IMG/VR virus record: IMGVR_UViG_3300034061_006011
Strand: one strand, 5' to 3'
DNA: 64,000 nucleotides
Source: a virus
Taxonomy: Duplodnaviria > Caudoviricetes
Shown piece by piece: positions 47,967-56,605 of this stretch. The position numbers were made by a program, and so were the translations under genes. Every line of letters begins with the position of its first letter. Within the stretch, counting starts at the first letter, position 1. Under the pieces are notes generated by a model that was not told the origin of the DNA, made no database searches, and was given only the letters and a program-made list of their open reading frames with translations.

Positions 47967-48254
47967 TTAATCCCAACCATGGTCGTCACTTTCTTTAAGC
48001 TTGCGCTTACAAACGGCACAAATGTAGTCATCGTCCTCATATGGGGGATGAACAACATCACCACCCCAACCATCGATTCCAAGCGGATCGCCGTTATAAG
48101 GTTTAAGTTCTTCGTCATAGAAGTGAGGATCGGACTTCAAATGTTTGTAACAGCGCATACAGACATCATATGTGCTGCTTCCACTCCCATATTTGTTATC
48201 AGGACTTTCGCACCATTCATGGACATTTGAACCTGAATTATCAACGCGAGGCAT
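47967..48254 (-). CDS. acidic 2xCxxC protein, copy 1 of 3
   Basis: CMRC...CAVC; start moved to 48254. Confidence 0.75.
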   Translation of the reverse strand: MPRVDNSGSNVHEWCESPDNKYGSGSSTYDVCMRCYKHLKSDPHFYDEELKPYNGDPLGIDGWGGDVVHPPYEDDDYICAVCKRKLKESDDHGWD

Positions 48255-48312
48255 AAACTTACTCCTTTGTGTTTGCCAACAAACCATTTGCTGACTCATG
48301 TATTGTAGGGGG

Positions 48313-48642
48313 TTAGGGGTTATTGCCAAAAATATTGTAACCTAATACCCATGTTTTTTGTGCATGGTTGTCACTTCTTGTAAGCTTGCGCTTACAAACG
48401 GCACAAGTGTAGTCATGGTCCTCATATGCAGGATGATGCTCATCACCACCCCAACCATCGATTCCAAGCGGATCACCGTTATAAGGTTTAAGTTCTTCGT
48501 CATAGAAGTGAGGATCGGACTTCAAATGTTTGTAACACATCCTACAGACATCATTTGTGCTGGGTCCACTCCCATGTGGGTTATCATCAGGACTTTTGTA
48601 CCATTCATCCACATTTGAACCCATATTATAAATGCGAGGCAT
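48313..48642 (-). CDS. copy 2 of 3, C-terminus extended by loss of its stop codon
   Basis: deletion at CATGG microhomology fuses gene end to half-terminator. Confidence 0.7.
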   Translation of the reverse strand: MPRIYNMGSNVDEWYKSPDDNPHGSGPSTNDVCRMCYKHLKSDPHFYDEELKPYNGDPLGIDGWGGDEHHPAYEDHDYTCAVCKRKLTRSDNHAQKTWVLGYNIFGNNP

Positions 48643-48784
48643 AAACTTACTCCTTTGTGTTTGCCAACAAACCATTTGCTGACTCATGTATTGTAGGGGG
48701 TTAGGGGTTATTGTCAAGAGGGAAACCTAATACCCATGTTTTTTGTGCATGGGTATTAGGAATTCCTAAATGGATATGTGGATA

Positions 48785-49075
48785 TTACTCCCAACCATGA
48801 TTGTCACTTCTTGTAAGCTTGCGCTTACAAACGGCACAAGTGAAGTCATCGTCCTCATATGCAGGATGATGCTCATCACCACCCCAACCATCGATTCCAA
48901 GCGGATCGCCGTTGTAAGGTTTAAGTTCTTCGTCATAGAAGTGAGGATCGGACTTCAAATGTTTGTAACAGCGCATACAGACATCATATGTGCTGGGTCC
49001 ACTCCCATGTGGGTTATCATCAGGACTTTCGTACCATTCATCGACATTTGAACCTAAATTATAAATGCAAGGCAT
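48785..49075 (-). CDS. copy 3 of 3
   Basis: near-identical to copies 1 and 2. Confidence 0.75.
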   Translation of the reverse strand: MPCIYNLGSNVDEWYESPDDNPHGSGPSTYDVCMRCYKHLKSDPHFYDEELKPYNGDPLGIDGWGGDEHHPAYEDDDFTCAVCKRKLTRSDNHGWE

Positions 49076-49079
49076 ATCA

Positions 49080-49262
49080 TTACTCCTTTATTGTGTGCAA
49101 AATTGGGTATAATGTAATTTCATCTTCTGTTGCTACGGGAGTTTCACCAGCAGCATTTACCAACCAGTACGCACCGGGACCATTTTCTGGTTGCCATTCA
49201 ATTACCCAATGTGGTACTGCTGATCCCCAAAAAACCATGTCACCATGCTCATAACGTCTCAT
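49080..49262 (-). CDS. small beta-rich (SH3-like) protein
   Basis: cassette; YEHGDMVFW...WVIEW. Confidence 0.55.
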   Translation of the reverse strand: MRRYEHGDMVFWGSAVPHWVIEWQPENGPGAYWLVNAAGETPVATEDEITLYPILHTIKE

Positions 49263-49417
49263 ATCAAATACTCCTTAATAATAAAGCTTTAGTGCCCAAT
49301 CGATTGCCAGCAAACCATTTGCTGACAAATGTATTATAGGGGGTTAGGGGTCGTGGTGTCAAGTGATAAAAACCTAATAATCATGTTTTTTGTGCATGGG
49401 TATTAGGAAATCCTAAA

Positions 49418-50050
49418 TCACACTTGTTGTTGTGTAAGTCTTTCGATCATAATGTCGGTAATTTCTTTTACTAATATTTTTACAAATTCTTTTGATCTCA
49501 TTATATCTTCTGCAACAGCAAAAGTTGGTATTTCTGCTGCAATATCTTTAGAAGACAATCCTGCTACGATATCTTCTATAGAGATCTCTGCTGCGATATC
49601 AGCAAAAGATAATCCTTCTACAATGTCTTCTGTAGAGAATTCTGCTGCAATATCAGAAACACAGAATTTATCTGCGATATCTGAAGCAGAGAATTGTCCT
49701 GCTATTTTTTCTACCATATCATCATTTTCGCTGATATCAGATGCAAGTTCAGCTAAAAAATCTGAGTTAGATAATTTTTCTGCAATTTTTTCAGCGATAT
49801 CATCTTCGCTGAAATTAGATGCAATTTCCGATGTGTCAATATGATTTGCCAACTTTTTAATATTAACATATGGAGCGACATCAGCCGCAGAGAATTTTTC
49901 TGCTATTTTTTCTGCTATTACCTCTTCTGAAATGACAATTTGATTAGCTAAATTATTGATATTCAATGCTTCTGCCAATTTGGCATAATCAATTTCTGGT
50001 GTTGTTACTGTTACATAAGAAGCAATTTTCTTAAAAATCCAATTAAACAT
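49418..50050 (-). CDS. acidic protein with 9-aa helical repeats
   Basis: IAAEFSTED/IVEGLSFAD/IAAEISIED/IVAGLSSKD. Confidence 0.7.
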   Translation of the reverse strand: MFNWIFKKIASYVTVTTPEIDYAKLAEALNINNLANQIVISEEVIAEKIAEKFSAADVAPYVNIKKLANHIDTSEIASNFSEDDIAEKIAEKLSNSDFLAELASDISENDDMVEKIAGQFSASDIADKFCVSDIAAEFSTEDIVEGLSFADIAAEISIEDIVAGLSSKDIAAEIPTFAVAEDIMRSKEFVKILVKEITDIMIERLTQQQV

Positions 50051-50128
50051 TATAATTCTCCTTAATCTGTCGCTGTTGGCGAAGTTGCTTAGGCGACAGG
50101 TGTATTATAAATTGATCTGATCGCTGTG

Positions 50129-50359
50129 TCAATCAATTTCTTTGCACAATTCCAAGATTTTCACTTCTTCAGGGAGTAGATCCCATGTTGTTTCGATATA
50201 ACCGTCTTCGGTTTTCTTGTTAAAAGTAACACGATAAGGTCTTGCCTTACCATCTACTCCGATATGATTGGGTCTTACAGTTGCCCAAGCATCTACTGGA
50301 ATTGGATTACCATTCATGAAATTAACAACTGTAAATCTAACAGCAATTCTATTATTCAT
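50129..50359 (-). CDS. early hypothetical protein
   Basis: cassette. Confidence 0.6.
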   Translation of the reverse strand: MNNRIAVRFTVVNFMNGNPIPVDAWATVRPNHIGVDGKARPYRVTFNKKTEDGYIETTWDLLPEEVKILELCKEID

Positions 50360-50491
50360 AACATTCTCCTTAATGTTCGGCGAAGTTGCCGAGAGTGCAT
50401 TGTAACAGGTATTGGTTGGTATGTCAATAGAAAAACCCTGCCAAATCGGCAGGGTTTATGGTTTGCTAATTATACTTTAGCAAGAATGGAA

Positions 50492-50680
50492 TTATTTTTT
50501 CTTTGGAAATAATTCCTCAAAATCATCTTTACTTATTTTATACTCATCTGACATATCATCATATGTGATGTCTACGCCTAGTAACTTGAAAAAATCAACG
50601 GGAAAATCTGGATCTTCCATGTTGTTTTTCACTAACTTATTGATAAGTCTTTCCATGTCTGACGCATTGATATTCTTCAT
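50492..50680 (-). CDS. small acidic protein
   Basis: coupled to upstream ORF. Confidence 0.55.
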   Translation of the reverse strand: MKNINASDMERLINKLVKNNMEDPDFPVDFFKLLGVDITYDDMSDEYKISKDDFEELFPKKK

Positions 50681-51003
50681 TATACTTCCTCCTCTACAGA
50701 TTCTTGGTTAAAGACAGTACCATTCTCTTGAACATATCCTTCAGCCAATTCTTGCCAATTAACTTCCGACAGGGTAGCGTTGATAAGGTCATTGAGGAAA
50801 CAATTGGTTATATCTTTACCATTTTCATCTTTGATCATGTTTTCTTCGACAAAATTTTTGATATCTTTTGCCAATTCGTACTGATTCCTTGCATTATTAG
50901 CAAGATTTTGTACTTCACGTTCATAATGTTGTTCATTATCAATATGAAGAGAGACAAGCCAAGTCTCGTAGTTGTAATGACCGTTATATTCCTTATTGTT
51001 CAT
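50680..51003 (-). CDS. phage protein with YNGHYNYETWLVSLHIDN motif
   Basis: conserved-looking N-terminus and VNWQELAE. Confidence 0.7.
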   Translation of the reverse strand: MNNKEYNGHYNYETWLVSLHIDNEQHYEREVQNLANNARNQYELAKDIKNFVEENMIKDENGKDITNCFLNDLINATLSEVNWQELAEGYVQENGTVFNQESVEEEV

Positions 51004-51030
51004 TTCAATTCTCCTTATTGTGATTGAAGA

Positions 51031-51264
51031 TCAAGAAAATTGCCTTGCCAGTACAGGTTTTTTGCTGGAAGGCATAAAAAGACGTTTTTTGTGTCCATTG
51101 CCTACGTTAATGGCACGATAGTACATTACTGCGGAAATGAATTTGCCTTTAAATTTACTTATTGTTTTGTAACTACTTTTTCCATGTCCAATTTGGATAA
51201 GGAATTCTGTTTCGTTAGTATATGCGATGTTTTTACCATCAATTTCCGAGATATACGTTTCCAT
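51031..51264 (-). CDS. early hypothetical protein
   Basis: cassette. Confidence 0.65.
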   Translation of the reverse strand: METYISEIDGKNIAYTNETEFLIQIGHGKSSYKTISKFKGKFISAVMYYRAINVGNGHKKRLFMPSSKKPVLARQFS

Positions 51265-51370
51265 GTCATTCTCCTTAATGTTCGGCGAAGTTGCCGAGAG
51301 TGTATTGTAACGGGTATTGGTTTTTGTGTCAATAGGAAACCCTAATTTTTTAGGGTTTATGGTTTGTCAA

Positions 51371-51649
51371 TTATTCTTCGACTGGTGCGAAGAATTGTGC
51401 TAGTTGTTTTTCTAATGCCCTAACATCACCATTTTCTCCGAATGTCTTTCGGATTAGGTATGTTCGGCAGTCGTGAAATCGTTTTCTTTCCTTAGTGGAT
51501 ACACCTTGTCCGCTTATGGTGTATTGATCGAATGATTCTTGTAGAGATTGCATTTCTACTACAAGTTCTTCGTGTGTCATCTCTTCTGGTCTATATGGGA
51601 CCAGCGAGTAGAAGAAATTTGGAATTGTATCTGGTTGTAATCGTACCAT
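51371..51649 (-). CDS. hypothetical protein
   Basis: 92-aa ORF in operon. Confidence 0.55.
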   Translation of the reverse strand: MVRLQPDTIPNFFYSLVPYRPEEMTHEELVVEMQSLQESFDQYTISGQGVSTKERKRFHDCRTYLIRKTFGENGDVRALEKQLAQFFAPVEE

Positions 51650-51805
51650 TAGTAGCTCCCTACTTCTGTTAAATTACCTTTAGCCAGAGCAATGGCTGTT
51701 TTACAAAGTAGTTCTAATTGGTCTGTATCAAAGTAATTATTTGTGTCTGGATTTACAATGAGCCTATTCATTTCTTCTAGTATTTGAATAAGAGTCTTGT
51801 TCACT

Positions 51806-52003
51806 TCACGATCTAACATGTCCATATTTAGACTCCTGACATTCTGAGCATTTGAAACGATCTTTGTACGCCGAAATGATAACTTTACCTGAGATATCTC
51901 TGATATCTTCTTGTGGTTGATTTTCCCAATCTTTAAAATCTACGATATTAGTTCTTATGCATTTGCAAGCGTATTTTACTCTTATAATTCTCATGTCATT
52001 CAT
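51806..52003 (-). CDS. small Cys-containing protein
   Basis: CKC...CSEC. Confidence 0.5.
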   Translation of the reverse strand: MNDMRIIRVKYACKCIRTNIVDFKDWENQPQEDIRDISGKVIISAYKDRFKCSECQESKYGHVRS

Positions 52004-52184
52004 TTTCCATCTCCTTTCCTTGGATAGACCAGTTGCCTATTTTGTTTCCATTAGCATCGAGTATGCCGTTGGACAGGGAGTTGTTTACTTGGCTAGCGAT
52101 TTTTCGTAAAATCCTAGCTGTTTCCTGTTGTGGATCATCTGTGAAGGCATCGTTGTCCATATCAAAAGTACAAGTAAAACGCAT
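51996..52184 (-). CDS. small phage protein
   Basis: FDMDNDAF...ARILRKIA...ILDANGNKIG. Confidence 0.7.
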   Translation of the reverse strand: MRFTCTFDMDNDAFTDDPQQETARILRKIASQVNNSLSNGILDANGNKIGNWSIQGKEMENE

Positions 52185-52233
52185 TCCATTGCTCCTTGTG
52201 GTTAAGTTACTGTAACATATCGTTGTTGATATG

Positions 52234-52482
52234 TCAAGTTTCTTCTATTTCACCGATACAATCGTCTGAGAAGAAGTCAATTTTTTCTAAGTTTTTGTAA
52301 TCATATTCTGGAATTATAACAACCATATCGACGCTGACGACATCTTTATATGGTCCGCTTAGTGGTTTATTGTTATGGTCAATAAATTGATCATTAACAA
52401 TAAATTTATGTTCGATTAGTTGTTTTACAACATAGTTAAATGATTCTCTCTTGTTGTAATGAATCATACCTTTGTATGCCAT
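52234..52482 (-). CDS. hypothetical protein
   Basis: start moved to 52482. Confidence 0.5.
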   Translation of the reverse strand: MAYKGMIHYNKRESFNYVVKQLIEHKFIVNDQFIDHNNKPLSGPYKDVVSVDMVVIIPEYDYKNLEKIDFFSDDCIGEIEET

Positions 52483-52486
52483 TTTG

Positions 52487-52723
52487 TTAATCCCTATAAG
52501 CGTTGATGATGTAATATGACCTTGTTTGATCTTTCTTAGGGAAAGAAGAAGCAGAAATAGTTTGACTAAATGAACCGCCAAAGATAGCGGAATGGGAATA
52601 ATCTACTAATTTACTTTGAAGTTCGTTTGGAATATCTTTATCTGTTGATACAAGGTCTTGAGTTGTATCGTTATTAGAATTAAGTCTTTCTTCAAATCGT
52701 GGGTCGAAATCTTTGATATCCAT
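52487..52723 (-). CDS. early hypothetical protein
   Basis: cassette. Confidence 0.55.
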   Translation of the reverse strand: MDIKDFDPRFEERLNSNNDTTQDLVSTDKDIPNELQSKLVDYSHSAIFGGSFSQTISASSFPKKDQTRSYYIINAYRD

Positions 52724-52869
52724 TGTTATACTCCATTGGTTAGGTGGTATACATTACCGCCATGGGTTTATTGTATATGGTTTTTGGTTCTATGTCAAGG
52801 TTTTTTTGTTGATGTGTAAAATTCCCCTATGTTTTGGCATAGGGGAATTATGTTTTTGCAAGAATGTTT

Positions 52870-53040
52870 TTATATTTTTGCTTGAAATTGTTGGAATGTT
52901 AAGTGAGTTAATCCGCTTCCTAGTATTCCGAGTATTAGTGCTAGGAAGATGCTATTAAATTCTGTGTAGACTATAACAGCTAACAGTGTAAAGACTGTTA
53001 GTTTTGTTAATTCTGTTATTATGTTTAAGTTATTTAGCAT
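52870..53040 (-). CDS. small two-helix membrane protein
   Basis: two hydrophobic segments. Confidence 0.5.
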   Translation of the reverse strand: MLNNLNIITELTKLTVFTLLAVIVYTEFNSIFLALILGILGSGLTHLTFQQFQAKI

Positions 53041-53287
53041 TTTGTTTGCTCTTGTATACTGAATAAGACTGATCAACGAGTTGGTTAAGTTTTTTTGAAT
53101 CTAATTTTTTGTTAGGTCTCATTAGTGGTGGTAATTTCTTACCAGTTTTATCTGATATGCTTTTCTTCTTATTCATAATGCTTGCATATGTCAATTTCAA
53201 TCTTTTTGACAGTTGCAATATAGTCAATCTTTTATCGATTGCTTGGATATAGGCTTTAATAAACTTCACGTCATCGATCATCGTCAA
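53030..53287 (-). CDS. basic small protein, possible HTH
   Basis: LTILQLSKRLKLTYASIMNKK. Confidence 0.6.
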   Translation of the reverse strand: MTMIDDVKFIKAYIQAIDKRLTILQLSKRLKLTYASIMNKKKSISDKTGKKLPPLMRPNKKLDSKKLNQLVDQSYSVYKSKQNAK

Positions 53288-53410
53288 ACTCCTTTTTTAT
53301 TACAGCTAAGTGCTGTACAAGGATTATATGCGATTTTTATGTTTATGTCAAGGTTTTTTGTATTGTGTTAATATATATGTCAACATAATAATTCACTTTT
53401 AAGGAGCATT

Positions 53411-53758
53411 ATGAAAAGTTTTGAAGAATATGTGATTTTAAGGGAAAGCGAAAGTCCAGAATATCCAAACTTTAAAAAGCGTATAGACTTTGGTGGAGGA
53501 GATACAGAAAACGCTTTTTTTAGTTTAGGCTTGCCAAATTTAGAGGAAATTGCTGCTGATTCCCAGATACCTAAAGTAAAAGAGTTTGCAAGAAAATTAG
53601 CATTTCAAATCCGTGATGCTGGTCTTATGACAATAAAAGATATAACAAAGATAACACCAGAACAAAGCTCTATTGCTGAGAATATTAAGCGTCAATGGAA
53701 AGGTTTTGTTTCACAATATCCTAATCTTGTTAGTGGTTTTCAAGGTCATATTTCTTAA
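53411..53758 (+). CDS. tagged hypothetical protein (MKSFEEYVILRES)
   Basis: upstream 50 bp and terminator shared with 53880-54584. Confidence 0.7.
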   Translation: MKSFEEYVILRESESPEYPNFKKRIDFGGGDTENAFFSLGLPNLEEIAADSQIPKVKEFARKLAFQIRDAGLMTIKDITKITPEQSSIAENIKRQWKGFVSQYPNLVSGFQGHIS

Positions 53759-53778
53759 TTTAATCTTTATAACAAAAA

Positions 53779-53810
53779 GAACCACCGGCAGAAATGCCGG
53801 TGGTTCTTTT
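53779..53810 (+). terminator. intrinsic terminator AGAACCACCGGCAGAAATGCCGGTGGTTCTTTT
   Basis: identical copy near 54612-54645. Confidence 0.9.
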
Positions 53811-53879
53811 TACAATTTTGTTTTATTAATATTGTGTTAATATATATGTCAACATAATAATTCAATTTTAAGGAGCATT

Positions 53880-54584
53880 ATGACGAGTTTTAACGAATGG
53901 CTAAAGCAGAGAGACGAAAGGTTTCATGAATATTTTGATACTCCTTATGATTCCAACATTGTTGGTCAAAATAGTGAAAGAGGTTATTCTAGCTCTAGCG
54001 GAAATCCTGTTTTAGACAGTGGAAAAGAATTGCCTGCTAGGTTCAACAAAATGTCAACGATGTATAGATCTTTAGCACAAAAAAGCCCTGACAAGAGTCA
54101 ATTTTCCGGTTCATTGAAAGTGCGTTTTTATCAGGGAAATAAATCACAAATGCGTGATCCAAGAGGTGATCAAAAACTTATGGCAATTGAATTGACTGAT
54201 TTGGGAAAAATGAATTTAGATAAGCTTGTCAAAGGTGAAGGGCAAGCTACTCATATTGCTGGAGAAACCATTTATAAAAAAGGTGACTCTAGACCAATGC
54301 AAATGACAGCAAAAGATATTCTTAACAACGTATTTGGAGAATGTAAAGCTCTTCTGCAATATCATTTAATTGATGAAAAAGCAACTAAATTCGCAAAATT
54401 GAATTTTGTAAAGGAAATAAAAGATATAATAAGCAGATTTGGAAACAATCATATGACAATATTAGATGCATCATTAAAATCAATTATAAGAGATTTGGAA
54501 TTAGAAAATGGTGTTCAGCTTAAATATGAAACTATTGGACCATCAATTTCATTAGTAAGTGATGATTATTTTAACATAAAATAA
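53880..54584 (+). CDS. tagged hypothetical protein (MTSFNEWLKQRDE)
   Basis: see above. Confidence 0.7.
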   Translation: MTSFNEWLKQRDERFHEYFDTPYDSNIVGQNSERGYSSSSGNPVLDSGKELPARFNKMSTMYRSLAQKSPDKSQFSGSLKVRFYQGNKSQMRDPRGDQKLMAIELTDLGKMNLDKLVKGEGQATHIAGETIYKKGDSRPMQMTAKDILNNVFGECKALLQYHLIDEKATKFAKLNFVKEIKDIISRFGNNHMTILDASLKSIIRDLELENGVQLKYETIGPSISLVSDDYFNIK

Positions 54585-54661
54585 CAAGATAAAATTATTT
54601 ATAAAAACACAGAACCACCGGCAGAAATGCCGGTGGTTCTTTTTTTATACTTTCCTAATTA

Positions 54662-54934
54662 TCAACGATAACGAACACAAGCGAACCAACCGTTGCGTCC
54701 TCTTGACACAGCGATTTCTACAGGTGTACGCTTGCCCCAGAAGCAACAATTATGTATTGCGTCCTGTGCTGACCTAGTGCTGAATCCAACACCTTCATAG
54801 GCGAAGCTACCGCCTCTATGTGCCATTCTGCCAGTTGAAGCAGAAGCATTTGCAGATGCTTGAGCGGAAAGACCGCCAGCAGCAAACGATTGAGTAGCGA
54901 ACAGAACAGCAACAATCAAAACCTTCCATGACAT
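54662..54934 (-). CDS. small secreted Cys-containing protein
   Basis: signal peptide, MAHRGG...YEGVG...CC...GWFACVRY. Confidence 0.7.
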   Translation of the reverse strand: MSWKVLIVAVLFATQSFAAGGLSAQASANASASTGRMAHRGGSFAYEGVGFSTRSAQDAIHNCCFWGKRTPVEIAVSRGRNGWFACVRYR

Positions 54935-55002
54935 AACTATAACCTCCATGTGGAAACAAAACACCAAAAAGAAACATTTTCCTTTTATTTTCTCTGACTA
55001 AG

Positions 55003-55557
55003 TTATACCGAAAGATCCCTAAAGACTGCTATTAGTTTTAACAAGGATTCACTTTCTAATTGAATCCTCATATCATTACTGTTGGGTCCATTATACTCAA
55101 GTTCCTTGTCATAGTCAAGGAACATTTTTTTGGATTCTGGCAAATAGATTCTTTCTTGCAGAGATAATTTACTTAATGCTTCCCGAAATGTTTCAATTTC
55201 CCGATCATTTCTCTTTTTATCTACTATAAACTGTTCAGGAGATTGGTCATCTTCAACTACAATAGTTGTTTCAAAGTCAAGAACATTTCTATGATATCGT
55301 TTCTTATGCATCCATAAAGATCGGGCACCTTTCATTTGCCAAGCAGCATGACCGGAGAAAGATCCTTTAGTTGGATCATAAGTGGATGCAGCAACGACCA
55401 AGCTCATCATAAGCTCTTGCCGATATCCTTCTTCATCACGAAAATAAACACCTTTTGGAGTTCTTTTAAGGAACCATTCTACCAATGCAATATTATCTTC
55501 TACCAACTTCCTTTGAGTATTAGTCAAAGGAGAAACTTCTTTTTTTTGTTTAGCCAT
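55003..55557 (-). CDS. sigma70-family region-2 protein
   Basis: LVEDNIALV...ELMMSLVVAASTYDPTKGSFSGHA. Confidence 0.75.
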   Translation of the reverse strand: MAKQKKEVSPLTNTQRKLVEDNIALVEWFLKRTPKGVYFRDEEGYRQELMMSLVVAASTYDPTKGSFSGHAAWQMKGARSLWMHKKRYHRNVLDFETTIVVEDDQSPEQFIVDKKRNDREIETFREALSKLSLQERIYLPESKKMFLDYDKELEYNGPNSNDMRIQLESESLLKLIAVFRDLSV

Positions 55558-55727
55558 AACTACCTCCTATGGACCTTCATTATACGGTTGTTGATATGGT
55601 TTGTCAATGTCGAACCATGTTCATGATTAACTTTTCGTCTCTGAGTGCAATTTGGTATTTAATTTCTCCAATTATGATTGGATAAGTGAAGTAACTTATA
55701 ATTATACCAATTAAAAACCAAAATAAA

Positions 55728-56384
55728 TTATTCTTCAAATTGGTCCCTTAGCCTTTCTACGCATTTTTTTGTTATCTGTTGAATGCGTTGTCGTGTAACT
55801 CCAAGTTCATCAGCAATACTTTGAAAACTTTTTTCATTAAAATAATGGTCTATGACTATTTGTCTGTGATGAATAGGAAGAACATTTAGGTTAATATAAA
55901 ACACAACTTTCTCTTCTTGTGGTTGCCTTAAAGTTGAATGTTTTGATTTGCTAATTACTTTATCGTTAATTGTAATTAGTTGATAATTATCTTTCCTTCT
56001 TCTATTTTTTACAAAATAGATTTCATAAATCCTTCTAAAGAAAGATGTATAGAAGTATGTCATGAACAAGACTTCACCGGGGATGAAGTATTTCTGGCAG
56101 CTACAATAGACATATAAAGCAATATTTTTAGCTTCCTCTAAATCTAATTTAATTTTATATTTTTCTTTGAATTTGCTGGCTAATTTTCTGGAGAAGTATG
56201 TTGTCATTTTGATAATATCTTCTTTAGGAAATTCAATATTTTTAATATCATTGTCTATATTTCTGCGATTTGCTTCATTTTGAGCAATACGCAGAGAATA
56301 CTTTTTATTTTCTCTTCCTATCTTTATGTCTACACAATCATTTGTTGTATAGACATATCCATCCTTGGTTTTAGTGTACCACAT
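55728..56384 (-). CDS. sigma70-family-like protein with region-4 HTH
   Basis: LP...RQIVIDHYFNEKSFQSIADELGVTRQRIQQI. Confidence 0.75.
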   Translation of the reverse strand: MWYTKTKDGYVYTTNDCVDIKIGRENKKYSLRIAQNEANRRNIDNDIKNIEFPKEDIIKMTTYFSRKLASKFKEKYKIKLDLEEAKNIALYVYCSCQKYFIPGEVLFMTYFYTSFFRRIYEIYFVKNRRRKDNYQLITINDKVISKSKHSTLRQPQEEKVVFYINLNVLPIHHRQIVIDHYFNEKSFQSIADELGVTRQRIQQITKKCVERLRDQFEE

Positions 56385-56605
56385 TATTGATCCAATGCTG
56401 CAAAAAAGGAAGTCTTGTGTGACCAGTTCTGATTTTTACTGAACAAAGTGCTACGACGATAGATATTTTTCCAACATGTGGAAATGTATGTCCAGTTTAT
56501 TGCTATGTTAAAAACAGTTGACTGGTTTAATGAACCGAAATCATAAGAACAACCTGATGTAAGCCAAGCTGTATCTTTTGGAATATTTTGATACTTGTTA
56601 ATCAT
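56384..56605 (-). CDS. small S/W/N-rich protein
   Basis: coupled overlaps at both ends; composition like the 59-62 kb array. Confidence 0.5.
   Translation of the reverse strand: MINKYQNIPKDTAWLTSGCSYDFGSLNQSTVFNIAINWTYISTCWKNIYRRSTLFSKNQNWSHKTSFFAALDQ

Larger units (their letters stand above)
35769..49410 (-). terminator. repeated terminator families between early genes
   Basis: CCCCTTGG...CCAAGGGG type (36620, 37109, 37886, 38762); CCTAATACCCATG...CATGGGTATTAGG type (45368, 46079, 46847, 47906, 48725, 49372); others at 35769, 39513, 41408. Confidence 0.85.
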
